Shown here piece after piece: positions 11,767 through 22,314 of a stretch of 64,000 bases of DNA. How positions within the stretch are numbered: the first letter of the stretch is position 1; each line of letters starts with the position of its first letter. A model generated the notes under the pieces. The model was not told the DNA's origin and ran no database searches. It saw only the letters and a list, made by a program, of their open reading frames with translations. The position numbers and the translations under genes were made by a program. The stretch comes from an uncultured Hyphomicrobiales bacterium (GTDB lineage: Bacteria > Pseudomonadota > Alphaproteobacteria > Rhizobiales > Xanthobacteraceae), in assembly GCA_964620215.1 (NCBI GenBank), contig CAZUJE010000001.1, positions 726-64,725 of the forward strand, given 5' to 3'.

Positions 11767-13370
11767 TCAGCCTTGCTCTCTTCGGGTTCCTCGGCGGGGA
11801 GTTCCGGCGGCGTCAATGCGGATTCATCAATCCACCCGGCTTTCACGCGGGCTTGCATGACTATCGCTTCCGCCTGATCGCGCTCGATGCCGAAGCCATC
11901 GAGAATGCCAGGTTGACGAACGTTCTCTCCGTCCTTGCGTTCAACCCAGCCGACGAGATCGTCGGTCGCGCAGCCGGCGAGATCTTCCATGGTCTTGATG
12001 CCGTTCTCACCGAAAGCCACAAGCATTTTGCCGGTGACACCGGGAATCTCTTTCAGATTGTCTTCCACGCCCAGTTCCTTGCGTTTCGCATCGAGCTCGC
12101 TTTCTATTTTGGCGAGATATTCCTGCGCACGGGTTTGCAATTCGGCGGCGGTTTCCGCGTCGAATCCTTCGATGCCTGCGAGTTCGTCAACCGGAACGAA
12201 AGCAAGCTCTTCAATGGAGCCGAAGCCTTCGGAGCTGAGCAACTGGCCGACCATCTCGTCCACGTCGAGCGCTTCCATGAAAGTCTTGGTGCGTTCGGTG
12301 AATTCCTTCTGGCGGCGTTCGCTTTCCTCGGCCTCGGTGAGAATGTCGATATCCCAGCCGGTGAGCTGCGACGCAAGACGCACATTCTGGCCGCGGCGCC
12401 CGATGGCGAGCGAAAGCTGCGCGTCGGGAACCACCACCTCAATGCGCTCGCGCGCCTCGTCGAGCACGACCTTCACGACTTCCGCCGGTGCCAGGGCGTT
12501 CACCACGAAGGTGGCGACGTCCTGCGACCACAGAATGATGTCGATCTTTTCGCCGGCGAGCTCGTTCACCACCGCCTGCACGCGCGAGCCGCGCATACCG
12601 ACGCAGGCGCCGACCGGATCGACGGAAGAATCGCGGGAGATCACTGCGATCTTCGCGCGCGATCCCGGATCGCGGGCTACCGCGCGGATTTCGACAATGC
12701 CGTCATAGATTTCCGGCACTTCCTGCGCGAACAGCTTGGCCATGAACTGCGGATGGGTGCGCGACAGGAAAATCTGCGGCCCGCGCGGTTCGCGGCGCAC
12801 GTCGTACACATAGGCACGCACGCGATCGCCGTTGCGGAAGATTTCACGCGGCAGGAGTTCGTCACGCCGCACAATGGCTTCGCCGCGCCCCAGATCGACG
12901 ACGACATTGCCGTATTCCACGCGCTTGACGACGCCGCTGACGATCTCGCCGATGCGGTCCTTGTATTCCTGATACTGGCGGTCGCGCTCGGCATCGCGCA
13001 CCTTCTGGACGATGACCTGTTTTGCCGACTGGGCGGCGATGCGGCCATATTCCAGCGGCGGCAGCGATTCGGCGATGTAATCGCCCGATTGCGCGGCCGG
13101 ATTCTTGCGGCGGGCTTCTTCCAGGCTGATCTGGGTGGCTTCACTCTCCACTTGGTCGGCAACCAGAAGTAGGCGCGAGAGACGAAGCTCTCCGGTCTTC
13201 GGATTGATCTCGGCGCGGACTTCCGTCTCGCTGCCATAGCGCGAGCGGGCCGCTTTCTGGATCGCGTCTTCCATCGCCGCGATCACGATGCCCTTGTCGA
13301 TCGACTTTTCGCGCGCCACGGCTTCTGCGATCTGGAGTAGTTCGAGCCGGTTTGCGCTTACGACTGCCAT
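11763..13370 (-). CDS. nusA: transcription termination/antitermination factor NusA
   Basis: 535-aa [32 protein letters not shown]..., with S1 and KH domains and C-terminal acidic repeats. Confidence 0.97.
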   Translation of the reverse strand: MAVVSANRLELLQIAEAVAREKSIDKGIVIAAMEDAIQKAARSRYGSETEVRAEINPKTGELRLSRLLLVADQVESEATQISLEEARRKNPAAQSGDYIAESLPPLEYGRIAAQSAKQVIVQKVRDAERDRQYQEYKDRIGEIVSGVVKRVEYGNVVVDLGRGEAIVRRDELLPREIFRNGDRVRAYVYDVRREPRGPQIFLSRTHPQFMAKLFAQEVPEIYDGIVEIRAVARDPGSRAKIAVISRDSSVDPVGACVGMRGSRVQAVVNELAGEKIDIILWSQDVATFVVNALAPAEVVKVVLDEARERIEVVVPDAQLSLAIGRRGQNVRLASQLTGWDIDILTEAEESERRQKEFTERTKTFMEALDVDEMVGQLLSSEGFGSIEELAFVPVDELAGIEGFDAETAAELQTRAQEYLAKIESELDAKRKELGVEDNLKEIPGVTGKMLVAFGENGIKTMEDLAGCATDDLVGWVERKDGENVRQPGILDGFGIERDQAEAIVMQARVKAGWIDESALTPPELPAEEPEESKAD

Positions 13371-13385
13371 CTGGCGTCTCCTCGT

Positions 13386-14021
13386 TTATACATGCGAGCG
13401 GCTTGCAGCCGCCTGTTTCGGTGAATCGGAAAACTTGTTCTGTTCGGGGTCTGCCGCCCGCGCGGCATCTTTCCCACGCTTCAGGGATTCGGCGACCAAC
13501 GCCTCGGTAAGCACGAGCTTGGCTTCACCCATGTCCGCCATGGGAATCTTGAGTTCCTGCGGGCCGCCTTCGGCATCGATGCGGATTTTTGCGAAGTCGC
13601 CTTCGGCGCCAAGCAGCATTCCGCGAAATCGTTTGCGGCCTTCGAAAGATACATCCATCTCGATCTTGATTTCGTGCCCGGAGTTGCGCTCGAAATCCGA
13701 ACGGCGCACGAGCGGCCGGTCGATTCCAGGCGAAGACATTTCCAGCCGGTAGGCGGTCTGGATCATGTCCTCCACGTCAAGCACGGGTGACAGCATCCGG
13801 CTCGCCGCTTCGCAATCCTCGATGGAGAAGCTGCCATCCGGACGTTCCGCCATGATCTGCACGGTGCAGCCGTCGCGGCCCGATACCTTTACGCGGACAA
13901 GGCGGTAACCAAGCCCGGTCAGTACGGGCGCGATCACGGCCGCGACGCGCGCGGCAATGCCCTTCTCGCCGATCAGGCGAGGTTCCTCGAGCTGTTCCGT
14001 CCGTGCTTCAGTGTCGTTCAT
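13386..14021 (-). CDS. rimP: ribosome maturation factor RimP
   Basis: The internal ATG ([34 protein letters not shown]...) of ORF 13386-14168 gives a family-typical length. It lies upstream of nusA. Confidence 0.88.
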   Translation of the reverse strand: MNDTEARTEQLEEPRLIGEKGIAARVAAVIAPVLTGLGYRLVRVKVSGRDGCTVQIMAERPDGSFSIEDCEAASRMLSPVLDVEDMIQTAYRLEMSSPGIDRPLVRRSDFERNSGHEIKIEMDVSFEGRKRFRGMLLGAEGDFAKIRIDAEGGPQELKIPMADMGEAKLVLTEALVAESLKRGKDAARAADPEQNKFSDSPKQAAASRSHV

Positions 14022-14288
14022 GTGTTTTTCTAACGAGAAAACGGGTAACGGCGCATGTAACAAAAAAGAGCGGGCCCCGGTGGCGCCCACTCTCCCAAAA
14101 TCCGATCCTAGGATCGCTATGAGATGATGTTGTTGGGGCGAATATAACGCCCAAGCCCGCCGACGCAAGGGTCAAAAGCAAGATGGTGAAGGCTCCAATT
14201 GACGCTTCTAACCGATTTTTCAGCATTACCGCCTAGGCTCAAGGAGCCCATTTTGGGGGCTTTTTGATTCAATTTTTTGGGATTATCG

Positions 14289-15383
14289 ATGGATCGCGAG
14301 TCTCTGATTGTCGATCTGGAGAACGTGATCCAGCGCGGATCGACGGATCAATGCGCCGAAACGATCCGGCGCGTGACGGAACTTTTCACCGACTGCTCCC
14401 CGCAATTGAAAGACGAACACATAGAGTTGTTTGACGATGTGATCCTGCGTCTCGCCGCCGAAATCGAAACCAAGGCCAGAGCCGAACTGGCGCGCCGTCT
14501 GGCGCCAGTCGAAAACGCCCCTCCCAAGGTGTTGAGCCGGCTGGCGCAGGACGATGAAATTTCCGTAGCGGCCCCCGTTCTCGTTCGCTCCAGCAGGCTG
14601 AGCGAGGAAGATCTCGTCAATATCGCCAGAACAAAAAGCCAGGCGCATTTGCTTGCTGTCTCAAGCCGCTTCCAGATACCCGAAACCGTTACGGATATTC
14701 TCGTCGACCGCGGGGACAGCGCTGTCCTGTTCAACGTCGCCTCCAATAAAGGCGCGAATTTCTCCGAGGATGGCTTTGCCACGCTCGTCGAACGCGCAGG
14801 GAAAGACGACGCGCTGGCTGCGCGCGTGGGACAACGGCCCGATATTCCGCAGTATTTATTCCGCAAGCTTGTATTGCAGGCGAGTGAGATGGTGCAACGC
14901 CGGCTGATGGTTACGGCAGCACCAGCGATGCGCCCTGAGATTCAAAAAGTGCTGGCGAAAGTTTCCCACGAGATAGACCCGGATTCTCCGGCGCCCCACA
15001 ATTTTATTGCCGCCCAACGCATGATGCGAATGCTGTTCGATGCGGGCGAACTCGGCGAAGATCAGCTTCACGATCTCGCAAAGTCCAGGCGCTATGAGGA
15101 AACAGTCTCGGCATTGTCGTTATTGAGCCGCGTTTCGCTCGATACCGTCGACTGGCTGATGAACGGCGACCGCATAGAGCCGTTCCTGATTCTGTTCAAA
15201 GCGCTGGGTTTTGAATGGATGACCGTGCGGGCCGTCATCATGATCCGTCCAAGCGGCCGCAAACTCTCGGCAAAAGAAATCGAGGAAGTCTGTTCCGATT
15301 TTAACCGGCTTTCGTATTCGACCGCCCGCCGCGTGATCCAGCACTGGCAAGGCCGTGAGGGAATCCTGAAAGCGGTGGGTTAA
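14289..15383 (+). CDS. DUF2336 domain protein (helical repeat, function unknown)
   Basis: About 364 aa from the ATG at 14289 (the track ORF starts at a TTG at 14277). The sequence resembles alphaproteobacterial DUF2336 proteins as I recall them (LFDDVILRLAAEIETKARAELARRLA...DDEISVAAPVL). I cannot confirm this without an HMM search. Confidence 0.65.
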   Translation: MDRESLIVDLENVIQRGSTDQCAETIRRVTELFTDCSPQLKDEHIELFDDVILRLAAEIETKARAELARRLAPVENAPPKVLSRLAQDDEISVAAPVLVRSSRLSEEDLVNIARTKSQAHLLAVSSRFQIPETVTDILVDRGDSAVLFNVASNKGANFSEDGFATLVERAGKDDALAARVGQRPDIPQYLFRKLVLQASEMVQRRLMVTAAPAMRPEIQKVLAKVSHEIDPDSPAPHNFIAAQRMMRMLFDAGELGEDQLHDLAKSRRYEETVSALSLLSRVSLDTVDWLMNGDRIEPFLILFKALGFEWMTVRAVIMIRPSGRKLSAKEIEEVCSDFNRLSYSTARRVIQHWQGREGILKAVG

Positions 15384-16093
15384 ATTCGCCGGAACGTAAG
15401 ATAGGCCGGCACCCGCCCTTCGCGCTTTGCTTTCGCTTCGTAGCGCGTCCCGGGAAATCCGCCCCACGGAAGCCGCCAATCATCGGCCCGCTCGGCGGTC
15501 CATTCAAAACGATGGGACCGGGCGAGATGCGACAGCGTCCATTCCACGTAGCTTTCGATATCGGAAGCGAAACGAAAAACACCACCCGGTTTCAGGATGC
15601 GCGCGAAGTGTTCGATCCGTTCGGCGGAAACGAAGCGGCGTTTCCAGTGCCGCCGTTTGGGCCATGGATCGGGATAAAGCAGGTCCACGCGCGAAAGGGA
15701 ATTGTCCGGAAGCCAGTCCAGCAATTTGATCGCGTCTCCGAAATGAACACGCACATTATTTAGGTTTGCACCGGAGATGGCGGCGAGCGCGCTCGCCATT
15801 CCGTTTACGAAGGCTTCGCAGCCGATCAATCCGGTTGCAGGATTTGTTTTCGCTTCGTGCGCAAGATGTTCGCCGCCGCCAAAGCCGATTTCGAGCGCGG
15901 TGTTTTCGAGCGGGTGCGGGAATAACGCGCGCAGGTCCGAAGGAGGCGCTTCGTTCAGATCAAGCGCGAGCCTGGGAAGGGCTTGCTCGATGAGATCGGC
16001 GCGCTGCGGACGCAGCTTGTGCCCCTTGCGGCGCCCGAAAAAGGCGCGCCGCTTTGATGATGGCGAAGCATCCGGCATTGAGTTTTCCCGCAA
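15380..16093 (-). CDS. trmB: tRNA (guanine46-N7)-methyltransferase
   Basis: 237-aa ORF with motifs EIGFGGGEHL and VDLLYPDPWPKRRHWKRRF. Confidence 0.9.
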   Translation of the reverse strand: MRENSMPDASPSSKRRAFFGRRKGHKLRPQRADLIEQALPRLALDLNEAPPSDLRALFPHPLENTALEIGFGGGEHLAHEAKTNPATGLIGCEAFVNGMASALAAISGANLNNVRVHFGDAIKLLDWLPDNSLSRVDLLYPDPWPKRRHWKRRFVSAERIEHFARILKPGGVFRFASDIESYVEWTLSHLARSHRFEWTAERADDWRLPWGGFPGTRYEAKAKREGRVPAYLTFRRI

Positions 16094-16125
16094 ACCCGCT
16101 GCGGGATACTAGCAAAAAAGATCGC

Positions 16126-16548
16126 TTATTTCTTCGATTCTTCGGCCACCATTGCTTCCACGAGATCAACAATGCGCCGCCGGACTTTCGGGTCGCGGAT
16201 TTTCATGAAGGCCTTGGTCAAAGCCAGGCCGTCAGAAGTGGCGAGGAAGTCGGAGACATAGGCCGGGTTGGCGCTGTCGGAAAAACCACTCGCGGACCCA
16301 TCCGGAACCGGCGCTCCCTCAAAGAAAAAAGAAACTGGGACGCCGAGCGTGATTGCAATCTGCTGCAAACGACTGGCACCCACGCGATTGGTGCCTTTTT
16401 CGTATTTTTGAATCTGCTGAAAAGTAATGCCGAGCTTTTCGCCGAGTTTTTCCTGGCTCATGCTGATCATCATGCGGCGCATACGCACGCGGCTGCCGAC
16501 ATGGCGATCAATCGGGTTCGGCGATTTTTTTGTCATGCTGAAATCCAT
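16126..16548 (-). CDS. XRE-family helix-turn-helix transcriptional regulator
   Basis: 140-aa ORF. The HTH_3-type core is GSRVRMRRMMISMSQEKLGEKLGITFQQIQKYEKGTNRVGASRL. Confidence 0.8.
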   Translation of the reverse strand: MDFSMTKKSPNPIDRHVGSRVRMRRMMISMSQEKLGEKLGITFQQIQKYEKGTNRVGASRLQQIAITLGVPVSFFFEGAPVPDGSASGFSDSANPAYVSDFLATSDGLALTKAFMKIRDPKVRRRIVDLVEAMVAEESKK

Positions 16549-16651
16549 TTTACCACAAAAACACCTACCCCGAATTGCATTTGTTCCGGAAGCTCTACTG
16601 TCCTGCCTTGCTGCGGCGAACGATCACACTCGAAAGGGTGCGCAGCGCGAA

Positions 16652-18253
16652 CTAACGCCTTGCAAGCACAGCACTTCGCCGGGAACGCCATAAAATAAAA
16701 GCAAACAATGCAAGCAGAAACATTACTGGTATATCACCGAGCCGCGAATACAGCGGGGGCGAGATCGATTGTGGCAAGGTTGTATCGAGCACCCCTTCAC
16801 GTCCCAAAGGCAGCATCGAAACGATTCGGCCAAATGGATCGACCACTGCCGAGATTCCATTGTTCGCAGACCGAACCAGAGGCAACCCTTCTTCAATCGT
16901 ACGCAAGCGCGCTTGCGCGAAATGTTGATACGGCCCCGGCGTGATTCCAAACCACGCATCGTTTGTAAGATTCAAAAGCAACGAAGGGCGTCGCCCTTCC
17001 GGCAAGACCTGACCCGGAAAAATCACTTCGTAACAAATAAGCGGCGCCGCGAGCGGCAGCCGCGGAATCGAAAGCGTGCGCCGCGCCGTACCCGGCGTGA
17101 ATCCGCCGCGGACGCGCGTGAGCTGCTGAAAGCCGAGGCTCTCCAGAAAATTCTGGAACGGCAGATATTCTCCGAACGGTACGAGGTGCACTTTGTCATA
17201 AGTGGAGAGGATCGCTCCATCGTCGCCGATTATACGAATGCTGTTATAGACGCGCTGCGCACCTTGCTGCTGTTCGAGGCGCGCAGCACCGGTAATCAGG
17301 ATCACCCCTGGGGGCAAAAGATCGGCGATGCGCGCGAGTGCGTCCGCCTCCCGCTCTAGATAAAATGGAAAGGCGGATTCGGGCCAGATCAAATGCGTCA
17401 CGTCGCGCACACCCTGGCTTTCCGGTCTTGTCGCGCGGTCGCTCAGGGAAGTGTAGAGGTCCATCACCTTCTGTTTGGCGGATGGATTGAACTTTTCATC
17501 CTGCTGAAGATTCGGCTGCATCAGCCGCAGCCGCACGCCTTCGACCTGGCGCACTTCGGCGATTGAAAGCCGGTAGAAACCAGCTCCCGCCAGGAAGGCG
17601 ATCAGAAGCGCTGAAGCTATAAGCCATGAATACGGCCGGCGCGTTATCTCAGCGGGGTCGGCAAGCAGGGCTGGTGAAGCCAGTGTCACCAGCGCGATCA
17701 GAGTGAGCCCCCACAGGCCTATGAATGCCGCGCTTTGCGCGACCGGCGGCATGGCGGCGAGCGCATAGCCGAATGTGTTCCAGGGAAAACCGGTGAGCAC
17801 ATGGCCGCGCAGCCATTCGGTCAACAGCAATCCTGTTGCGAAGGCGAGAATCCGCAGCGGCCCTTGCGTCCACAGAAGCCGCGCAATAAGCGTTCCGAGT
17901 CCGGTGAAGATCGCGAGTCCCGCTGGGATGCCTGTGATCGCGAAAGGCAGCAGCCAGGCGAACTGATCGGCTTCGACCAGCAACGCGTTTCCGATCCAGT
18001 AAAGGCCAGCGATGAAATAACCAAAACCGAACCACCAGCCGGCTCCAAAGGCGGCGCGCAGTCCGCTTTTGCCTCCGCCGGAACCGTCGATCAGCCAGAC
18101 AAGAACCGGAAATGTGAATGCGAGTACCGGCCATGCATCGAACGGAGCCATTGCCAGTGATGAGGCCGCGCCCGCAACGAACGCAATGAAACGGCGCCGC
18201 CAGCCGGACGCCAACACGATTGCACGGGCAAGTGCAGCCAGCTTCGCGTTCAT
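16652..18253 (-). CDS. lnt: apolipoprotein N-acyltransferase
   Basis: 533-aa ORF with a multi-TM N-terminal part and a C-terminal CN-hydrolase domain (LICYEVIFPG, NDAWFG). Confidence 0.92.
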   Translation of the reverse strand: MNAKLAALARAIVLASGWRRRFIAFVAGAASSLAMAPFDAWPVLAFTFPVLVWLIDGSGGGKSGLRAAFGAGWWFGFGYFIAGLYWIGNALLVEADQFAWLLPFAITGIPAGLAIFTGLGTLIARLLWTQGPLRILAFATGLLLTEWLRGHVLTGFPWNTFGYALAAMPPVAQSAAFIGLWGLTLIALVTLASPALLADPAEITRRPYSWLIASALLIAFLAGAGFYRLSIAEVRQVEGVRLRLMQPNLQQDEKFNPSAKQKVMDLYTSLSDRATRPESQGVRDVTHLIWPESAFPFYLEREADALARIADLLPPGVILITGAARLEQQQGAQRVYNSIRIIGDDGAILSTYDKVHLVPFGEYLPFQNFLESLGFQQLTRVRGGFTPGTARRTLSIPRLPLAAPLICYEVIFPGQVLPEGRRPSLLLNLTNDAWFGITPGPYQHFAQARLRTIEEGLPLVRSANNGISAVVDPFGRIVSMLPLGREGVLDTTLPQSISPPLYSRLGDIPVMFLLALFAFILWRSRRSAVLARR

Positions 18254-18261
18254 GGGTCTCT

Positions 18262-19314
18262 TTATGAGGACGAATCGTCGGAACGGACCGCGCGCACCAT
18301 AGGTTCATGCGGGGCCGGAGCCAAGGCTGGCGAGGATGCCTCTTCCTTCTTGCGGGGGTCGCGCTTGGAAATATCAGGCGGGCGGCGGGAAATTCTCAGC
18401 CGTTTTGCGCGTCTTGGATCCGCGTCGAGAACTTCGATTTCGAAATCTCCGGGACCGGGAATGATCTCGCCGCGTACCGGCAGGCGGCCCGCGAGCAACA
18501 CGAGCAGGCCACCGAGCGTGTCCACCTCCTCCGCGGCTTCGTTGGCGGCGAACTCCACCCCGATTTTTTCGGTCGCCTCGTCGAGGCTCGCGCGCGCGTC
18601 GGCGATGAAACTGCCGTCGGCCTGCTGCACGATCTGGGCAAGCTCGGCATCGTCGTGCTCGTCCTCGATGTCGCCGACAATCTGCTCGACGATGTCCTCC
18701 ATCGAGACTAGGCCGTCGGTGCCGCCATATTCGTCGATGACCAATGCAAGGTGAATGCGCGTGGCCTGCATTTTTACAAGAAGATCGATCGCAGGCATGG
18801 AAGGCGGCGCGAACAGGATGCGGCGGACAAGCTGGGTGGCCGAAAGCAGTTCCGCGAGATCGACATTACGCGGGTCAAGGTCGGCTGGGAGCACGGAAGC
18901 TGGCTGGCTGCTGATTTGGCTGTTCACCAGTGCGCGAGCGGTAAGGTAAGCGACAACGTCGCGAATATGCACGAGGCCGGTCGGGTCATCGAGCGTGTCG
19001 TCATACACAACGAGGCGCGAATGGGCGGCGGTGGCGAACACGCGCAGCAATTCGCCGATCTTGATGTCCTTATGCACGGCGACGATGTCCGCGCGCGGCA
19101 CCATGATGTCGCCGATACGCTGCTCCTCAAGCGCCAGGATATTCTGCAACATCGTGCGCTCGACCGGCGTGAACTCGGTCTTGCCGGCCTTGTCCTCGGC
19201 GAGCACTTCCTCAAGGTCTGTGCGGATCGAGGCAGGACGAAGGCCGACCAAAGCCTTCAGTCGGCTCAGCCAGCCGTTCAGCGATGAAGACCCTGAGGGT
19301 TCGGTCGAACTCAT
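18262..19314 (-). CDS. corC: CBS-pair / CorC_HlyC domain protein (CorC/TlyC family)
   Basis: 350-aa ORF with a CBS pair (IMVPRADIVAV) and a C-terminal transporter-associated domain. It lies in the ybeY-phoH-miaB neighbourhood. Confidence 0.88.
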   Translation of the reverse strand: MSSTEPSGSSSLNGWLSRLKALVGLRPASIRTDLEEVLAEDKAGKTEFTPVERTMLQNILALEEQRIGDIMVPRADIVAVHKDIKIGELLRVFATAAHSRLVVYDDTLDDPTGLVHIRDVVAYLTARALVNSQISSQPASVLPADLDPRNVDLAELLSATQLVRRILFAPPSMPAIDLLVKMQATRIHLALVIDEYGGTDGLVSMEDIVEQIVGDIEDEHDDAELAQIVQQADGSFIADARASLDEATEKIGVEFAANEAAEEVDTLGGLLVLLAGRLPVRGEIIPGPGDFEIEVLDADPRRAKRLRISRRPPDISKRDPRKKEEASSPALAPAPHEPMVRAVRSDDSSS

Positions 19315-19799
19315 GCCGTCTCCGCAAGCTTGCGGCTGCTGGATGTGTAGGGATCGGGAATTCCGAGGCGCGCAAGAATTTCCCGCTCGTGATTTTCCAT
19401 CGCTTCCGCTTCCCCGTCATCCTGATGATCGAGGCCAAATAGATGCAACGCGCCGTGAACGGTCAGATGCGCGATATGGTGCAGCGGTTGCTTATTTTCT
19501 TCCGCAGCCTCGCGAAGAAGTGTCTCATAAGAAATTACGATGTCTCCGAGCAGGCCTTGCGCGGCTTTGGCCTCATCCGGGGCGGGGAAGGACAAGACAT
19601 TCGTAGGCTTGTCGATTTTCCGCCAGGTCTTGTTCAGAGCGCGCATATGTTCATCATCGGTGAGCAACACGCTGTATTCGGCCTTGAGAGACTGGAAATC
19701 TTCGGAAACGGCGTAGAGCGCGTCTCGAATAGAGGCCTGAACGCCAGCGAGTTTTTCCCAGTCTCCTGCCTCGACTGCAATATCGACGGTCACGCCCAT
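19311..19799 (-). CDS. ybeY: rRNA maturation endoribonuclease YbeY
   Basis: The internal ATG (MGVTVDIAVEAGDW...) gives about 162 aa. The zinc motif is HLTVHGALHLFGLDH. There is a 1-nt TAATG overlap with the phoH stop. Confidence 0.92.
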   Translation of the reverse strand: MGVTVDIAVEAGDWEKLAGVQASIRDALYAVSEDFQSLKAEYSVLLTDDEHMRALNKTWRKIDKPTNVLSFPAPDEAKAAQGLLGDIVISYETLLREAAEENKQPLHHIAHLTVHGALHLFGLDHQDDGEAEAMENHEREILARLGIPDPYTSSSRKLAETA

Positions 19800-20806
19800 T
19801 AGCGTGGCTCTCGTTTCTTTATGGAGTCCGCCGCGTCGTAGGCGGAAACAATCCGCGAGACAAGTTCGTGGCGCACGACATCGGCCGCCGTGAACGCACA
19901 ATGCGCGACATCTTCCAGACCCGACAGCAGACCGACCGCCTCGTTGAGACCGGAAGCCTGTCCGGCCGGCAAATCGATCTGACTTGGATCGCCGGTTACG
20001 ATCATGCGCGAATGCTCGCCGAGCCGCGTGAGAAACATTTTCATCTGCATGGGCGTTGCGTTCTGCGCTTCGTCAAGGATCACAGCGGCGTTCGACAGCG
20101 TGCGCCCGCGCATGAAAGCGAGCGGGGCGATTTCGATTTCACCGGATGCAAGCGCGCGTTCCACCATGCCGCGATCCATCAAATCATTGAGCGCGTCATA
20201 GATGGGCCGGAGATAAGGGTCGACCTTCTCGCGCATGTCACCGGGGAGAAAGCCAAGCCGCTCGCCCGCTTCGACCGCAGGGCGCGAGAGCACAATCCGG
20301 TCAACCTCGCGGCGCTCCAGGAGCAGCACCGCATAGGCGACGGCAAGCCAGGTCTTTCCCGTTCCCGCCGGGCCGGCGGCGAATACGAGCGTGTTTTTGG
20401 CAAGCGCGCGGAGATAGGCGTCCTGTCCGGCGGTGCGTGCGCGGACGAGGCGTTTGCGAAGCCGGAATTGTTCGAAGCCCGTGCGCTCGCCGGTGTCGGA
20501 TTCCATCGTCGCAGGCCGTGACAGCGTCTGGCGAATCGCGCCTTCGACATCGCCGGTGGAGAGATCGTGCCCGCCGCGTAATTGCTGGTAAAGTGATTCA
20601 AGCACGAGCCGCGCCTGTTCGCAGGCTTCGCGCGGTCCTTCGATCGTGACGTGATTGCCACGCTGGTCCGCGCTCACGCCGAGGCGGCGCTCGATCAGCG
20701 CGAGATTTTCACTGTGGAGGCCGAACAGCCGCATCGCCTGCTGGTTGTCGTCGAATGCCACAACGATTTGCGCGGCGGTGTCGTTATCCTGTTTCCACGG
20801 CTTCAT
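19799..20806 (-). CDS. phoH: PhoH-like ATPase (YbeZ)
   Basis: Walker A motif GPAGTGKT. The start MKPWKQDND at 20806 was chosen because the longer track ORF (to 20953) overlaps the miaB 3' end. Confidence 0.9.
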   Translation of the reverse strand: MKPWKQDNDTAAQIVVAFDDNQQAMRLFGLHSENLALIERRLGVSADQRGNHVTIEGPREACEQARLVLESLYQQLRGGHDLSTGDVEGAIRQTLSRPATMESDTGERTGFEQFRLRKRLVRARTAGQDAYLRALAKNTLVFAAGPAGTGKTWLAVAYAVLLLERREVDRIVLSRPAVEAGERLGFLPGDMREKVDPYLRPIYDALNDLMDRGMVERALASGEIEIAPLAFMRGRTLSNAAVILDEAQNATPMQMKMFLTRLGEHSRMIVTGDPSQIDLPAGQASGLNEAVGLLSGLEDVAHCAFTAADVVRHELVSRIVSAYDAADSIKKREPR

Positions 20807-20837
20807 CTGGCCGATGTCCGAGCCTGAACCACGCAAA

Positions 20838-22229
20838 TTAGGCGTCTCCGATGACGATGGGCTGAAGCGGTGTAGTTTGGACAGGTTGAACCAGCTCGCC
20901 GGCGATACGGTGATCGCCAACCTCGAGAATTCGCGCGTTAACGATCGTTCCAATCATCCCGCGTGGAGCTTTGACCTGCACCGGCTGTAGATATGGGGAG
21001 CGCCCGACGATCTCGCCATCCACGCGACCGGGCTTTTCCAGCAAAAGGTCCATTTCGCGCCCAATACAGGCGAGATTGAACTTCCGCTGCTGTTTTTCGA
21101 GCAGCGCTTGCAGCCTTGCGAGCCGCTCGATTTTCACAACTTCGTTCACGGGCGGCATTTCCGCGGCGGGAGTGCCGGGCCGGGGGCTGTATTTGAAACA
21201 ATAGGCGAGGGCAAAGCCGACGCGCTCGACGAGATCCAGTGTTTCCTCGAAGTCCTCGTCGGTTTCACCGGGGAAGCCGACAATAAAATCCGAGGAAATC
21301 GCCATGTCGGGCCGGGCAGCGCGGACCCGCTCAATGATCGAGAAATACTCTTCGCGATCATGATTGCGGTTCATCGCCGCGAGAATCCGGTCGGAGCCGG
21401 ACTGCACCGGCAAATGAAGAAACGGCATCAGCTTTTTGTTATCGCGATGCGCGGAAATTAGATCGTCGTCCATGTCGCGCGGATGACTGGTCATGTAACG
21501 CAGCCGTTCCAGCCCTTCGATTTCCGCGAGGCGCATCAGCAGATCGCCAAGCGACCAGCTACGGTCGTCAGATCCAGCTCCGTGATAGCCGTTCACATTC
21601 TGCCCGAGCAGCGTGATCTCCCGCACGCCGGCGTCGGCAAGGCGCTCTGCTTCCGCGATGATTTTTGCAACGGGCCGCGAAACTTCCGAACCGCGCGTAT
21701 AGGGCACAACACAGAAGGTGCAGAATTTATCGCATCCTTCCTGCACGGTGAGAAACGCGCTGAAGCCGCGCGCGAGCGTAGCCTGCTTCGTCGCGGGAGC
21801 GAGAAAGCCGAATTTGTCCTCGACCGGAAATTCGGTCTCGACAGGCCTTTCGCCTTTTTCGACGCGCGCCAGCAAGTCTGGCAGCTTGTGAATGCTCTGG
21901 GGACCGACGACCAGATCGACGGCAGAAGCGCGCCGCAGAATTTCATTTCCCTCGGCTTGCGCGACGCAGCCCGCCACCACCACGACCATGCGGCGGCCAT
22001 CCTTCGCGGCTTCATCTTTCATGACGCGCAGGCGGCCCAGCTCCGAGTAAACCTTCTCGGCCGCCTTTTCGCGGATGTGGCAGGTGTTCAGGATAAGCAG
22101 GCTCGCTTCACCGGCTTTTTCCGTTTCGGTAAAACCTTCATTTGCCATTGCGTCGGCCATGCGCTGCGCGTCATGGACGTTCATCTGGCAACCGAACGAT
22201 TTTATGTAGAGTTTGCGGGGTTGGCTCAT
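20838..22229 (-). CDS. miaB: tRNA-2-methylthio-N6-dimethylallyladenosine synthase
   Basis: Starts at the internal [23 protein letters not shown]. The radical-SAM motif is [11 protein letters not shown], and a TRAM domain lies at the C-terminus. Confidence 0.94.
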   Translation of the reverse strand: MSQPRKLYIKSFGCQMNVHDAQRMADAMANEGFTETEKAGEASLLILNTCHIREKAAEKVYSELGRLRVMKDEAAKDGRRMVVVVAGCVAQAEGNEILRRASAVDLVVGPQSIHKLPDLLARVEKGERPVETEFPVEDKFGFLAPATKQATLARGFSAFLTVQEGCDKFCTFCVVPYTRGSEVSRPVAKIIAEAERLADAGVREITLLGQNVNGYHGAGSDDRSWSLGDLLMRLAEIEGLERLRYMTSHPRDMDDDLISAHRDNKKLMPFLHLPVQSGSDRILAAMNRNHDREEYFSIIERVRAARPDMAISSDFIVGFPGETDEDFEETLDLVERVGFALAYCFKYSPRPGTPAAEMPPVNEVVKIERLARLQALLEKQQRKFNLACIGREMDLLLEKPGRVDGEIVGRSPYLQPVQVKAPRGMIGTIVNARILEVGDHRIAGELVQPVQTTPLQPIVIGDA

Positions 22230-22314
22230 CACGCCGTTAGCGCCGCATTTTGCGCCGCCTGTATCAAATTCATGGACCCTGTTGCTCACCCGCTATCCTG
22301 CCGCTCGGGCAAAT

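Noticed and set aside
14103-14116. 14-bp perfect palindrome CGATCCTAGGATCG in the rimP/DUF2336 spacer (and a 12-bp palindrome TGAGCGCGCTCA near 62473).
   Set aside because: A few perfect palindromes of this length are expected by chance in 64 kb. There is no second copy or associated regulator gene to support an operator call.
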